Of a stretch of DNA of 64,000 nt, positions 45,549 to 54,743 are shown piece after piece. Position 1 is the stretch's first letter; each line of letters begins with the position of its first letter. The stretch covers positions 32,001-96,000 of IMG/VR virus record IMGVR_UViG_3300043788_000023, one strand, 5' to 3'. Source of the stretch: a virus. A program made the position numbers and the translations under genes. The notes below the pieces were generated by a model. That model did no database searches. It was not told the origin of the DNA and was given only the letters and a program-made list of their open reading frames with translations.

Positions 45549-46877
45549 TTATCCGTAAACCGTGCAAGCAGCGTTTCCGCCCGGCAATTCTGTTGGCGGC
45601 TGACCGACGACGGGCGTGACAAGCTGCCCAAACCCTATGGTGTCACTGGTAATACTGCCTAGCGCGACGAACCCGGCTCTTCCGCCTACACTACAGGTTG
45701 CTGAAGTCGGTCCTTCCTGAAGGGGCGTCGTAGGCTGTCCGGTGACAGGTACTTGGAGACCCGGATAGTCTATAAAGTCCCCAAGGGAGGGGGGTGTCGG
45801 AAGTACTAGAACCAAAAAGCGTTGCGTTGAACTGAAGGACGCCGTGGCGTCTCCCGTCATGAACCCCGTCGCGTACTGTCCGGCGTTCAAATCCATGACG
45901 TCGGAGGGGGCGATCAGGAACCCGAGGTGTCCTTGGGTAGAATCAAAAGCCAAGCTCGGTCCCATCATGCTTTCTTCGTGGTCGTTCGGGTTGCTCGGGT
46001 TGCGTGGGTTGAAGAACGCACCGATGGTGGCGGAGTACTGGAACTGGAGAATGCCTACGTTGGAATCCGTGAAGCCGCTGGATGCAAACGTGGTGTTCCA
46101 GTCCTCAATCAGTGTCCACGTCGGGTTCGGTCCGAGGGGGCTGCGATAGAGACGGAAAAAGTTCGTCGTGTTCGGAAGGTTGGTTATCCACGTCGGGTCC
46201 GGCTGTAACAGGACGCTGTACGTGTTGGTGGTCACGTTGAAGAAAATGATGTTGTGCGCCAAGTACGGCGGGTCAAACTGGTTCCTGACGAATACCGTCG
46301 CCATGTTTGAGTTGGGCACCTCAAAGATGAGGTTGTCGTTCAGCAACCCGGCTGCCGCCCCAGAGTCAGACGTGATGGCGAATGGACTGCTCGTGGCAAT
46401 CGGGATGATTTCGTTCGGGGGCCATACGTTTATGTCCAGCACCCTAACGATCAACCTGCTCAAGAAGTCAAAGATCAGGATGAACTGGTTGAAGGACGCG
46501 GTTCCGCTGTCAGCAGGATTGCTATAGTTCCCGTGTGTGAAAGCTGCTGTGAACGAGGTAGACGTGGCGGTCGCGATCGTGACGACTTGTCCATTCAAGA
46601 AACCCTCGGCAGTGCCGTTTAGGGTGACTGTCTCTCCCACCAAAAAGGAATTGTTGCATGTCACAGTCAGTGTGTTGGCGGTTACCGATGTGGCTGTGAT
46701 GTTCACCGAGACGGCGCTGTACGCTTCCACGGAAGGAGACGTGCCGGGACCGACGAAGAACCAGTTGTCTGGAACGCCCGGCTGCACGGAACCATCCGGG
46801 TTGTGGATGGCACGAGGCAGACGGGTGACGTAGACACCGCCATTTAACTCTTTGCAAGCTAGGAGCCACGTGGACAT
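45549..46877 (-). CDS. Virion structural protein with shared beta module and FN3-like segment
   Basis: ITATSVTANTLTV..NSFLVGETV.LNG..FLNG..DSGTAS; FRLYRS...W...FTD...QYS. Confidence 0.55.
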   Translation of the reverse strand: MSTWLLACKELNGGVYVTRLPRAIHNPDGSVQPGVPDNWFFVGPGTSPSVEAYSAVSVNITATSVTANTLTVTCNNSFLVGETVTLNGTAEGFLNGQVVTIATATSTSFTAAFTHGNYSNPADSGTASFNQFILIFDFLSRLIVRVLDINVWPPNEIIPIATSSPFAITSDSGAAAGLLNDNLIFEVPNSNMATVFVRNQFDPPYLAHNIIFFNVTTNTYSVLLQPDPTWITNLPNTTNFFRLYRSPLGPNPTWTLIEDWNTTFASSGFTDSNVGILQFQYSATIGAFFNPRNPSNPNDHEESMMGPSLAFDSTQGHLGFLIAPSDVMDLNAGQYATGFMTGDATASFSSTQRFLVLVLPTPPSLGDFIDYPGLQVPVTGQPTTPLQEGPTSATCSVGGRAGFVALGSITSDTIGFGQLVTPVVGQPPTELPGGNAACTVYG

Positions 46878-47212
46878 TAGATTCCGCCTCCGTCAATACC
46901 CGGCGAGTCACCCGGCGTAAGGTCAAAGAGCGGTGGGTTGGTCTGGAACTGGAACGGCGGCGACGGCACGTGGTGAACGATCTGGATCACACCAGTCAAG
47001 TTGATGGTGTTCTGCATGAAAAGTAGGTAGCGATTATTCGTCGCGTCAAACGAGAATGTCTGGATCACTTCACGCACGCCGTCCACATACACTTCAAGAT
47101 CACGACGTGGATCAAAATCACCAAGCGGGCCGTCTTGCACGAAGGGGCCGACGAACGGTGCGAGGACAAGCTGAATCCTGTTGGGGTAAGGCTGGTTGGT
47201 TTGTGCGAACAT
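46877..47212 (-). CDS. Hypothetical structural protein
   Basis: 111 aa, translationally coupled on both sides. Confidence 0.55.
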   Translation of the reverse strand: MFAQTNQPYPNRIQLVLAPFVGPFVQDGPLGDFDPRRDLEVYVDGVREVIQTFSFDATNNRYLLFMQNTINLTGVIQIVHHVPSPPFQFQTNPPLFDLTPGDSPGIDGGGI

Positions 47213-48609
47213 CAGTCTTCCTCCGCCTCGTCCTCGTCGTATTCACGACCCTCTGAATCTTGCACTGCGTGCTTGAGTTCGTGGTAGATGCTCTTGCCGA
47301 TCTGGTCTTCGTATCCCCGGTGCGCTTCAAGGTCAATGAGAACGACAGGAAACCCACACGTGCCGTTGATATACATCGCTACTGCACCGAGATGAGAGAG
47401 ATCAATGTCCCAAAGTTCAAACGGTTCCTTGGTATTCGTATAGATTCCCTTGGCGATCTGTGTTGCCATCTTCGCAAGTTCTGGGTCGCTATTCTCTCGG
47501 GTCTCGTAATCCCACGAAGGCTGGTAATCGTGACTCTGATTATCTTCCGGCGCACGGAAGAGCAAGCCAGGCTCGTCTGCGTGTGCATGCTTTGAAGACT
47601 TCTTGCCGCCTTCTTCTGTCTCGTACGGCAGACCCTTGTGGATGTGCGGTTTGTTCTCTTTGTGAAGCTCCTCAATCTTTGATTCCTCTTCGTCCGTAAG
47701 CTCGTTGATGTCGGCGAGTTCCTGTTCTTCCTTGGGCTGGTAGTGCTTCGGCAGTTTTGACCACTCCGGCTCACGCTTCTTCGGAGCCTCATGCGGCTCG
47801 GTTGCGGGTTCTGTGCGCTGCACCTCTTCGGGCACCTGATCCTCAAGTTCCTTTTCGTGGATCATCCGTGCTTCCTCTTCGTTGCGGAGCGCATCCAGCA
47901 GCTTTTGCTTGATCTCTTTGTTCTTCGTCTTGCGGGCTTCGTCAATCTTCTGCTTCTTCTCCCCCCGTTCTTTCTGCTTCTGGAGAAGTTCGGGGTTATC
48001 TTCAACCTCCATCTTGCGGCGCTCAACCTCACGCTTGCGAAGGATGTTCACGACGTTGTGCTGCACGCTGGGCAGGATGCGCTCAAACACTGCGTGGATG
48101 TGCTTGCAGATGACGTAGTTTCCACGGAGGTCTAGGCGTTCCTTTGGAGCCTGAAGCTGCGGTCGGGCCGGACCGAGAAGACCATCACGCTGGTGCAAGT
48201 TCCACTGCGCTCCCCAGTAGAGGAACGCCGGGCACGAGCACTGGACTTGGATGTCAAGGTCTTTCGCCTTCTGTGATTCCTGTACCTTCGTGACATCAAA
48301 CTGTGTCCTGACATCGTGACCAGCAGGATCGCTGTCTTCCTTGTTGCACTTCACGTTGTAGTGGAGAAACAGAGCCTTCGGGTTTGAGTCAAGCAAACGT
48401 GGCGAGCAACCACCACGATACTTCTTGGAGAACTGGTTCGTTTGGCGGACAAGATCAGGCAGGGAAATCGCAGTCTTCACCGCACGATTGCCGACGCCAT
48501 CAACGACGTCCACGGCGGCGGAAAGCGGTATCGTCACGGAAGCACCCGTGATTTCGATGGGTTCCGAGTTTGCCGATTCTGCCATCAGGACTGGGGAAAC
48601 CCCGCTCAT
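47212..48609 (-). CDS. SWIM Zn-finger protein with C-terminal HExxH metallopeptidase-like module
   Basis: VQCSCPAFLYWG...ICKHIHAV; C-terminal SIYHELKHAVQ after a KKSSKHA linker. Confidence 0.65.
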   Translation of the reverse strand: MSGVSPVLMAESANSEPIEITGASVTIPLSAAVDVVDGVGNRAVKTAISLPDLVRQTNQFSKKYRGGCSPRLLDSNPKALFLHYNVKCNKEDSDPAGHDVRTQFDVTKVQESQKAKDLDIQVQCSCPAFLYWGAQWNLHQRDGLLGPARPQLQAPKERLDLRGNYVICKHIHAVFERILPSVQHNVVNILRKREVERRKMEVEDNPELLQKQKERGEKKQKIDEARKTKNKEIKQKLLDALRNEEEARMIHEKELEDQVPEEVQRTEPATEPHEAPKKREPEWSKLPKHYQPKEEQELADINELTDEEESKIEELHKENKPHIHKGLPYETEEGGKKSSKHAHADEPGLLFRAPEDNQSHDYQPSWDYETRENSDPELAKMATQIAKGIYTNTKEPFELWDIDLSHLGAVAMYINGTCGFPVVLIDLEAHRGYEDQIGKSIYHELKHAVQDSEGREYDEDEAEED

Positions 48610-48644
48610 AGGCGCACTTTGCCCTCTGCTTTAGTAGCGGAAAG

Positions 48645-48971
48645 TCAATAGGCGAAGGGCGAATCATTGCCTTCGCCCCAGAACACCACACGCACGCTGG
48701 AGTTACAGTAGCCGAGGGCGGTCAGGTTGCGGGAGATGCGGACTTTGACGAACTTGCGGAACTCGCTCAAGGTCAGGCAGTCTTTGAGATTGTTGCAGTA
48801 CTCGCAGGCGGGTAGCAGGTTCTCGTCTCGGTTCTTGCCTCCCCGTGACCGGGGTGTAGCATGGTCTACAGTGAGGGCATCCGGGTCGGGCTTCACGCCA
48901 CAGTACCAGCAACGTCCGTCGCACTTGGCGGCGGCACGGTTCCACTGGTTCTTACGAGGTGTTCTTGACAC
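48645..48971 (-). CDS. HNH endonuclease
   Basis: GRCWYCG...TVDHATPRSRGG...NLLPACEYCNNLK. Confidence 0.85.
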   Translation of the reverse strand: MSRTPRKNQWNRAAAKCDGRCWYCGVKPDPDALTVDHATPRSRGGKNRDENLLPACEYCNNLKDCLTLSEFRKFVKVRISRNLTALGYCNSSVRVVFWGEGNDSPFAY

Positions 48972-49098
48972 GGCGGAAGCAGACCTTTAGTGGGATGCCT
49001 TTCGCAAGCTCGCGCTGGCAATCCTTACAGATGACCCAGTTAATGGGTTTGCCCAACCACTCGTGAGCTTTGTAGTAGAAGACGCAAAGGCGCTTCAC
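48952..49098 (-). CDS. Small Cys/His protein, 48 aa
   Basis: Manual ORF with GTGA overlap: MKRLC...HEW...ICKDCQ; fills the gap. Confidence 0.35.
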   Translation of the reverse strand: MKRLCVFYYKAHEWLGKPINWVICKDCQRELAKGIPLKVCFRRVKNTS

Positions 49099-49292
49099 GC
49101 CGATGCCCCTTTCTCGTCAAGGGACACGTCCCACATCTCGGGGTCAAGGGTGTACGCCAAGTCCTCTTCGGACTCAACGATGAGAACCATCCCGGCGAAC
49201 AGGGTCTCAACTACCCGGCACCCGCTGGCTAGAAGCTCGGCGGCGTCACTCGGGCGTGGGGCATGCTTGGGTATCAGGCACCAGCGCTTCAT
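49095..49292 (-). CDS. Hypothetical protein, 65 aa
   Basis: ATGA overlap with the upstream gene. Confidence 0.45.
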   Translation of the reverse strand: MKRWCLIPKHAPRPSDAAELLASGCRVVETLFAGMVLIVESEEDLAYTLDPEMWDVSLDEKGASA

Positions 49293-49747
49293 ATTGTCTC
49301 GTCCTCAATCTCTTCAATGGGCTTCGGCTTGGGCTTAGACTTCTCCCGTTCGGTTACCAGAGCCTTGAGATGATCGGGTAGTTCCTCAAAGGGGACCTCG
49401 GTCGGTTCCACCTTCTTGCGCTTCTGCTCCACGGGGGTTGAGACGGGCTTGGGGGCTGGCTTAGGGTCTTCCCTCTTGGCAGCAGGCTTGGGAGCCTCCA
49501 CGGGCTTCTGAGGCGCTTTAGGAGCCACCTTGGCAGCCTGTTGGGTCATCTCTTCAATGAACCCGTTCTTCTGCATGGCGGCAAGTCCCAAAGTCGTCTG
49601 TTTCACGGCTTTAACCACTTCCCCGTTCCGGTACACCGTCAGCCTGTTGGCGTTGGATGTGTCGTGAACCAGAATATCACCAACTTTGACGAAAAATCCA
49701 AGGTCGGCGAAATGAACGGGGGACTTTACAAGGTACGATCTCTGCAT
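49289..49747 (-). CDS. Hypothetical head-associated protein
   Basis: Directly after the major capsid gene; small N-domain plus P/K/E-rich tail. Confidence 0.6.
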   Translation of the reverse strand: MQRSYLVKSPVHFADLGFFVKVGDILVHDTSNANRLTVYRNGEVVKAVKQTTLGLAAMQKNGFIEEMTQQAAKVAPKAPQKPVEAPKPAAKREDPKPAPKPVSTPVEQKRKKVEPTEVPFEELPDHLKALVTEREKSKPKPKPIEEIEDETI

Positions 49748-49819
49748 CCGGGTCTCCCTAGTAGGTTAAATACTCAATAAAGAAAGGAAAATTGGGGAAA
49801 CGGAGAAAGGGAGGCGGGT

Positions 49820-49855
49820 AAAAAGCAAAAGGGCTGCCTTTTGGGCAGCCCTTTC
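49820..49855 (-). terminator. Rho-independent terminator after major capsid gene
   Basis: AAAGGGCTGCC-loop-GGCAGCCCTTT with a T tract on the minus strand. Confidence 0.8.
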
Positions 49856-49878
49856 GGTAAACCAGTGGTACGAGAGGT

Positions 49879-50838
49879 TTAGTTCTCGCCCGTGTTGTTG
49901 GACGCGACGAAGCGGCCGTTGACCGTGAGACGCTGAACGCCTGACGGGTTGAAGACCAAGAAGCCGAGGTTCTCAAAGATCGAGAAACCGATCTGGCGGA
50001 GGTCCGGACGGTCGGCCGACATCACCGTGAGCGGAATACGCTCGGGGATGACGCCGAGGAATTCTGCGTCCGCGAGGATGTAGATGGAACCGTAGCCCAC
50101 CTTACGCGACTGGAGTAGTGTTGCGCCCCAGAGGTAGCCCATGACTCCGGTCTTCAGGAGCTTGCGCTGTGTTTCGCGGTCGATGTTCTGCTGAGTCCAC
50201 TTGAGCAGGTCGGTGTAGTCGCGTGGGTTGAAGAACACGAACGCAACCGACAAGTCATGGCGCTGCACCTGACCAAAGCCGTCCGCCATCGAGTTGATGT
50301 CGATCGGAGCGTTGATCGCGATGTCCGGGTTGTATACCGGGTCGTTTGCCGCATGCGTTGCCGCTGCGGTTGCGACTGCGTCGAACAGGGAGAACACGTA
50401 TGCGTCTTCCTGTGCGCCGACTTCCGCCTTCGCCAAGTTCAGCGAGCGGGCAACGAGGTCGAAGCGGCGCTCCTTGATCTGGGTGATGGGGATCATCGGG
50501 TTGGAAACGATTTCAAACGTCGGGACGGTGACGCGCTTCGGCTTGGTGACGCGGACGATGTCCCCGCCCTCTTCGCCGACCACGAATGCCTCAACGAAGG
50601 AAGAACCCGGCGTGGAGCCGACCGTCATTGCGGCCGTGTCGAATTCCTTATCGTAGATGGGCAGTGCGCCGTCTGGGAGTGTTTCAACCATCAATGCCTT
50701 GCGGGCGATGGACATGTAGTCGCGGCGGCGACGGAGGGAAGGACCCAACGAGGCTGCGAGCTTCTGACGTCCGCCAGCGGTCTTGAGAAGCTGACCGAGC
50801 ATTGCGGTTTGCTGCTGAGTGCGTGATAGATTTGCCAT
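49879..50838 (-). CDS. Major capsid protein (HK97 fold)
   Basis: 319 aa; position after protease/scaffold/decoration; VPTFEIVSNP.I...IKERRFDLV...EDAYVF backbone helix and G.LWGA P-domain pattern; strong SD and terminator. Confidence 0.85.
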   Translation of the reverse strand: MANLSRTQQQTAMLGQLLKTAGGRQKLAASLGPSLRRRRDYMSIARKALMVETLPDGALPIYDKEFDTAAMTVGSTPGSSFVEAFVVGEEGGDIVRVTKPKRVTVPTFEIVSNPMIPITQIKERRFDLVARSLNLAKAEVGAQEDAYVFSLFDAVATAAATHAANDPVYNPDIAINAPIDINSMADGFGQVQRHDLSVAFVFFNPRDYTDLLKWTQQNIDRETQRKLLKTGVMGYLWGATLLQSRKVGYGSIYILADAEFLGVIPERIPLTVMSADRPDLRQIGFSIFENLGFLVFNPSGVQRLTVNGRFVASNNTGEN

Positions 50839-50882
50839 GGTGTGTTTTCTCTCCTAAGAAGTTGTCTTAGTCGAAATCCCCC

Positions 50883-51449
50883 TTACAGGAGCGACGCCAC
50901 GCCAAGCCACGGCTCAGAAGCCGAGGGGACGTGTGTGCAGATGCCGACAGTGGCAACAGCAGCACCCTTACGGGCGAGGCTGGTGTATTTGCCAATGTTC
51001 GTGTTGGCGGTTCCACCAGCGTAGACGTACTGTCCAAGATGGAAGGTTGCGCCAGAATCGTAGCCCTGAAAGTCCACGTTGCCCTGCCAGAGTGCGCGGA
51101 CGACGGGAGCCTTGCGGGAGCCGGAAGGACCAATTGCGCCAGCGAATTCGCCGGGGCCATTGAGCAGTGTTGCGAACGGGATGTTGCCCTCATTGGCTCC
51201 GTAGGCAGTAGCGTCGCCGTCAACCGGGACGATGTTGCCGATGGAACCCATGGCAGGCTCGTACGAAGGCTGGAAAGCGAGGGGGGCGGTCAAGGTTGCG
51301 GCTGAGTCAATGATTGCCACAATGACGCCGCCGAGATAGCCAGCGGAAGTAAGAGTCTGTTGGTCAGTACCCGGATCGCCAGTCAGGAAAACGGCAGGCG
51401 TGCAGTTCACGCTGTCATTTTGCCCGTAATACGTCAGTTTGAGTGACAT
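50883..51449 (-). CDS. Capsid decoration/cement-like protein
   Basis: 188 aa from MSLKLTYYG; between scaffold and capsid genes; GQYVY...G.YT...VGICTHVP. Confidence 0.6.
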   Translation of the reverse strand: MSLKLTYYGQNDSVNCTPAVFLTGDPGTDQQTLTSAGYLGGVIVAIIDSAATLTAPLAFQPSYEPAMGSIGNIVPVDGDATAYGANEGNIPFATLLNGPGEFAGAIGPSGSRKAPVVRALWQGNVDFQGYDSGATFHLGQYVYAGGTANTNIGKYTSLARKGAAVATVGICTHVPSASEPWLGVASLL

Positions 51450-51602
51450 AGTTGGTTTTCTCCAGTTTGGTTCTAAAAGGAACGCTTTTTGTTTGCCAGT
51501 TCCAATCCGGTCGCCTTGGGGGCGAGTAGGACTATAGAAAAGGCAGACGTTCACTAATGGAGGGGGTATTGGAGGAATTTTTCATTAGCGATCCGTAAAA
51601 GC

Positions 51603-51627
51603 AAAAAGCCCGCCAAGGCGGGCTTTT
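51603..51627 (-). terminator. Rho-independent terminator after scaffold gene
   Basis: AAAAGCCCGCC-AA-GGCGGGCTTTT hairpin. Confidence 0.75.
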
Positions 51628-51662
51628 CGGATACGGACTTGAGTCCGGGGTTGAAATGCTGG

Positions 51663-53789
51663 TTAGAACTCGTCGTCGCCAAGCAGTGCGCCTGCGATGT
51701 CAAACGACGGACGCTCTGATGCGGTGACGTTCTTGAGCTTCTTGATGACCGGGGCTGCTGCCTTTGCAGGAGCAGTTGTCTTCTTTGCAGAAGACTTCGG
51801 TGCCTGAAGCACGTTGGTTTCGTCCTGCTTGACGCGCTTGAAACCGCCGTCCTCGGGCTTCTGATCTTCGATGGCTTCTGCGAACAGGTCGCCGTCGTGA
51901 TCGTTCTCGTTGTCGCGGCTGTCTGCGTCGGAGGTCTCGGACTCAAAGTGCTTGGCAGCTTCGCCAGTGAAGGACGGGACAACATCCATTCCGGCTACTT
52001 CTGCGGCGCTCTTGATCTCACCCGCGATAAGTGCGCGGAGAGGATCGGAGTCGGAACCCTGCAAGGAGAAGAAGTCTTCCATGGACGCGATCTGCGTGTC
52101 GTCCAAGCTGGCTTCCATGCTCTCTGCGGCGGACGGTGCGAAGAACTCTTCGCCGTTTCCAGCGGTGTGCTCGTCGCCTTCGTTTGCGAGTGAGGAGACC
52201 TTGTCTTCCATGTCTTCCTCGTTGAATACCTGCGCTAGATCAAGTTCCTCTTCACCCTCTTGCAGGATTTCCTGCTCAAGAGCCTTGATCGCTTCCTGCG
52301 CCTCTTCGATCTTCTCTTCAACGACCATCTTCTTCTCGTCGGAAAGAATCTCGCCAGCGTTGTCGGCTTCTGCGCCTTCGTCAATCGGCATCTCTGACGG
52401 AGCTTCCTCAATCGGAGCCTCTTCAACCGGGGCTTCCTCAATCGGGGCTTCTGCGTCCATCGGGGGAACATCGCCTGCGGGAGCGTCCATCGGCGGCATC
52501 TCGTCAGCCTTCTTTACTTCTGCGGCTGCCTTTGCTCCGCACTTGCATTCGCCGTCGCACTTGCACTCGGACTCGGCTTTCTTCGGCGCTGCTGCTGCCT
52601 TGGAAGCTGCCTTGCCAGCGCCATCGCTGTCGGACTTGTTGATCGTGTCTTCGGGACGGCCAGATGCTTCGGTCGTTGAAGAGGACGAACCTGCGTCCAT
52701 CGGCTTCGGTTCGGTGTGCTTTCCACCGCCGCAACCACGACCGTCGTTGTACGTCTCGGTCTGCGGGCCAGCGTCCTTGCGGTCGTCGGCAACTTTCGAT
52801 GCGTTCTTGGGATCACCGTTGAGTTCTTTTGCGACTGATGCTTTGAGGGAGTTGAGGTCTTCGCCTTCAGTGAGGAACTCGTTGAGTTCCGTCTTGTGGA
52901 CTTGCTTGAAGGTCTCGGCGAGCTTGGAATAGTGCGCGTTCTTTGCCGTCTGACGGAGCATCGCGCTCAGGACGCGGGTGCTGTTCTGGAGTAGGCTGGA
53001 AGCGGCACTCTTCTGCACTTCAGCCGGAGCGGTCGGGAGCATCGTCTTAGCGATAGTCCACGCAGCCGCAACACGCTGCTGTGCCTCGCGCTTGATTGCC
53101 TCGCGCTTGGTCTTGACTTCTGCCAGCTTCTCCTGAACTGAAGCCTTGGCTGGGGCTGTATTTGCCATGTTAGAGCCTTCCTTTTTCATGTCAGAACGGG
53201 CAGAAACGCCCTTCTTAACAGGGGATGCGTAGCTGTTTTTCTTCGTAACTTGGTTATTTCCAGCCTTTGCTGAAGCCATCGGGGCTTCCAGCGGGGCTGC
53301 TTCCGCGACTGGTTCTACTGCGGGTTCTGCGGAAATATCGGATGCCGGGGCTGCGGGGGCTGCTTCGGGTACTGCGGGTGCCGGGGGAAGCGAAGCGTCT
53401 GGTGCGGGGGCTGCCATATCTACCGGGGGCGCTCCCATCGGGGCACCGGGTCCCATGCCGCCAAGTTCGTCGGCTGCGGCAACTTCGCCGCCAGCGATGT
53501 CGCTGATTTCAATGTCAATTTCGCCAAGCAAGCCCTTGATCTGCTCAGACCAAGGACCGTCCTTGAACTTCTCCCACTGGGAAATAAGCTCTACGCCTTC
53601 GCGCATCTGGCGAATCTCTTCCTCAAGCTCTTCACGCTTTTCGGAGAGGAGGTCAAACTCGGGCGAGGTGCCCATGTCGGCGGGGGCGTCGGGTGCCATC
53701 TCGGGCATACCCATTAGCTGATCGTCCAGCATATCCAGATCAGCCTGCTTCTTCGCCATCGCTGCTTGCACTTTCTTCAGGTTTGCCAT
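51663..53789 (-). CDS. Capsid scaffolding protein
   Basis: Acidic coiled-coil/low-complexity protein between protease and capsid genes; start MANLKK; internal in-frame start likely at 53168. Confidence 0.65.
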   Translation of the reverse strand: MANLKKVQAAMAKKQADLDMLDDQLMGMPEMAPDAPADMGTSPEFDLLSEKREELEEEIRQMREGVELISQWEKFKDGPWSEQIKGLLGEIDIEISDIAGGEVAAADELGGMGPGAPMGAPPVDMAAPAPDASLPPAPAVPEAAPAAPASDISAEPAVEPVAEAAPLEAPMASAKAGNNQVTKKNSYASPVKKGVSARSDMKKEGSNMANTAPAKASVQEKLAEVKTKREAIKREAQQRVAAAWTIAKTMLPTAPAEVQKSAASSLLQNSTRVLSAMLRQTAKNAHYSKLAETFKQVHKTELNEFLTEGEDLNSLKASVAKELNGDPKNASKVADDRKDAGPQTETYNDGRGCGGGKHTEPKPMDAGSSSSTTEASGRPEDTINKSDSDGAGKAASKAAAAPKKAESECKCDGECKCGAKAAAEVKKADEMPPMDAPAGDVPPMDAEAPIEEAPVEEAPIEEAPSEMPIDEGAEADNAGEILSDEKKMVVEEKIEEAQEAIKALEQEILQEGEEELDLAQVFNEEDMEDKVSSLANEGDEHTAGNGEEFFAPSAAESMEASLDDTQIASMEDFFSLQGSDSDPLRALIAGEIKSAAEVAGMDVVPSFTGEAAKHFESETSDADSRDNENDHDGDLFAEAIEDQKPEDGGFKRVKQDETNVLQAPKSSAKKTTAPAKAAAPVIKKLKNVTASERPSFDIAGALLGDDEF

Positions 53790-53796
53790 AGATTCT

Positions 53797-54735
53797 TTAC
53801 CTTCTGCGGTCTCCAAGGAAATCAGCGTCTAGCAATGCTTCACTCAATGAAAGGTCTTCGTATTCAGTCTTTTTTGAGGCTGTCATGGCAAATTTTGAGG
53901 GTGCCGATGATTGCTTCTGCGTGTACGGGGTAGAAGGACCCACCCATTCCTCGGCAACGATGTTCCTTTTTGCCGCTCCGGGGAACGCGGGGGTCGCAAC
54001 CCAGCTTGCCTCTACGAACTTCACGCCGCCGTTAACCATGCTCTTGTGCCCGCATAGTTCAGCGATGCGGCGGGGTACGCCGTCGTCGTCCGCCAGGAAC
54101 GTACCCTTCTGAAAAGACAGGTGGTTGCAGTACGTATTGGCATCGGTGACACGGGACCCGCAATAGGAACAGATTACGAGGTCGGTGACGCATCCCATGG
54201 ACAGGTAGCGGACATGACCCTCACGGATGTCGTGGACAAGCTTCTCATGAGTGACATCGGTAGCGACGAGAATGTCGCAGTAGTAGACCCAGATTGACCC
54301 GCCCTCGGCGACGTTCACCTTGCGGAGGACGGCGTCAAGAATGTGCCCTTTGGCGTACTTGCTATTCTGGAAGTGCTCAACGAAGTTGAAGGCTCCGACG
54401 AAACTGCGATAGCTCAGCTTCAGAACCTCGTTCGTCCACGCGTCGTCGTTGTTGTTGACGAGGTGACTGGTCTCAGGCTTGATGAGGTAGTCAAACGGCT
54501 CTTCTTCAACCATGACGCTGCTCATGATCGTCACGTGTGACAGCAGGTATTTTGAAGTATCGGCAGCGATTTTCTGCGCTTCTGCTGCACGTTTCGCACT
54601 TGCCACTTTGCAGAACGGATGATCTCCATCAAGCTGGCAGCCACGGAACGCACGCTTACCAAACATCTTCTGCCAGTCCTCGTTGCTGAGAACCGGGTTT
54701 TCCAGCACTGCGTTGGCGGTTTTCTTAAAGGACAT
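53797..54735 (-). CDS. Prohead maturation protease (HK97/herpes-like fold) with Zn-ribbon insertion
   Basis: NFVEH...KGHILDA, YLSMGC (catalytic Ser candidate), CSYCG..YCNH insert, FVEASWVATPAF terminal motif. Confidence 0.75.
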   Translation of the reverse strand: MSFKKTANAVLENPVLSNEDWQKMFGKRAFRGCQLDGDHPFCKVASAKRAAEAQKIAADTSKYLLSHVTIMSSVMVEEEPFDYLIKPETSHLVNNNDDAWTNEVLKLSYRSFVGAFNFVEHFQNSKYAKGHILDAVLRKVNVAEGGSIWVYYCDILVATDVTHEKLVHDIREGHVRYLSMGCVTDLVICSYCGSRVTDANTYCNHLSFQKGTFLADDDGVPRRIAELCGHKSMVNGGVKFVEASWVATPAFPGAAKRNIVAEEWVGPSTPYTQKQSSAPSKFAMTASKKTEYEDLSLSEALLDADFLGDRRR

Positions 54736-54743
54736 TACACCCT

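Noticed and set aside
52370-52500. EEAPIEEAPVEEAP tandem repeats
   Set aside because: Ordinary low-complexity coding repeats in the scaffold, not a DNA-level element.
51910-52932. 340-aa Ser-rich + strand ORF
   Set aside because: Mirror of the Glu/Asp/Ala-rich scaffold codons.
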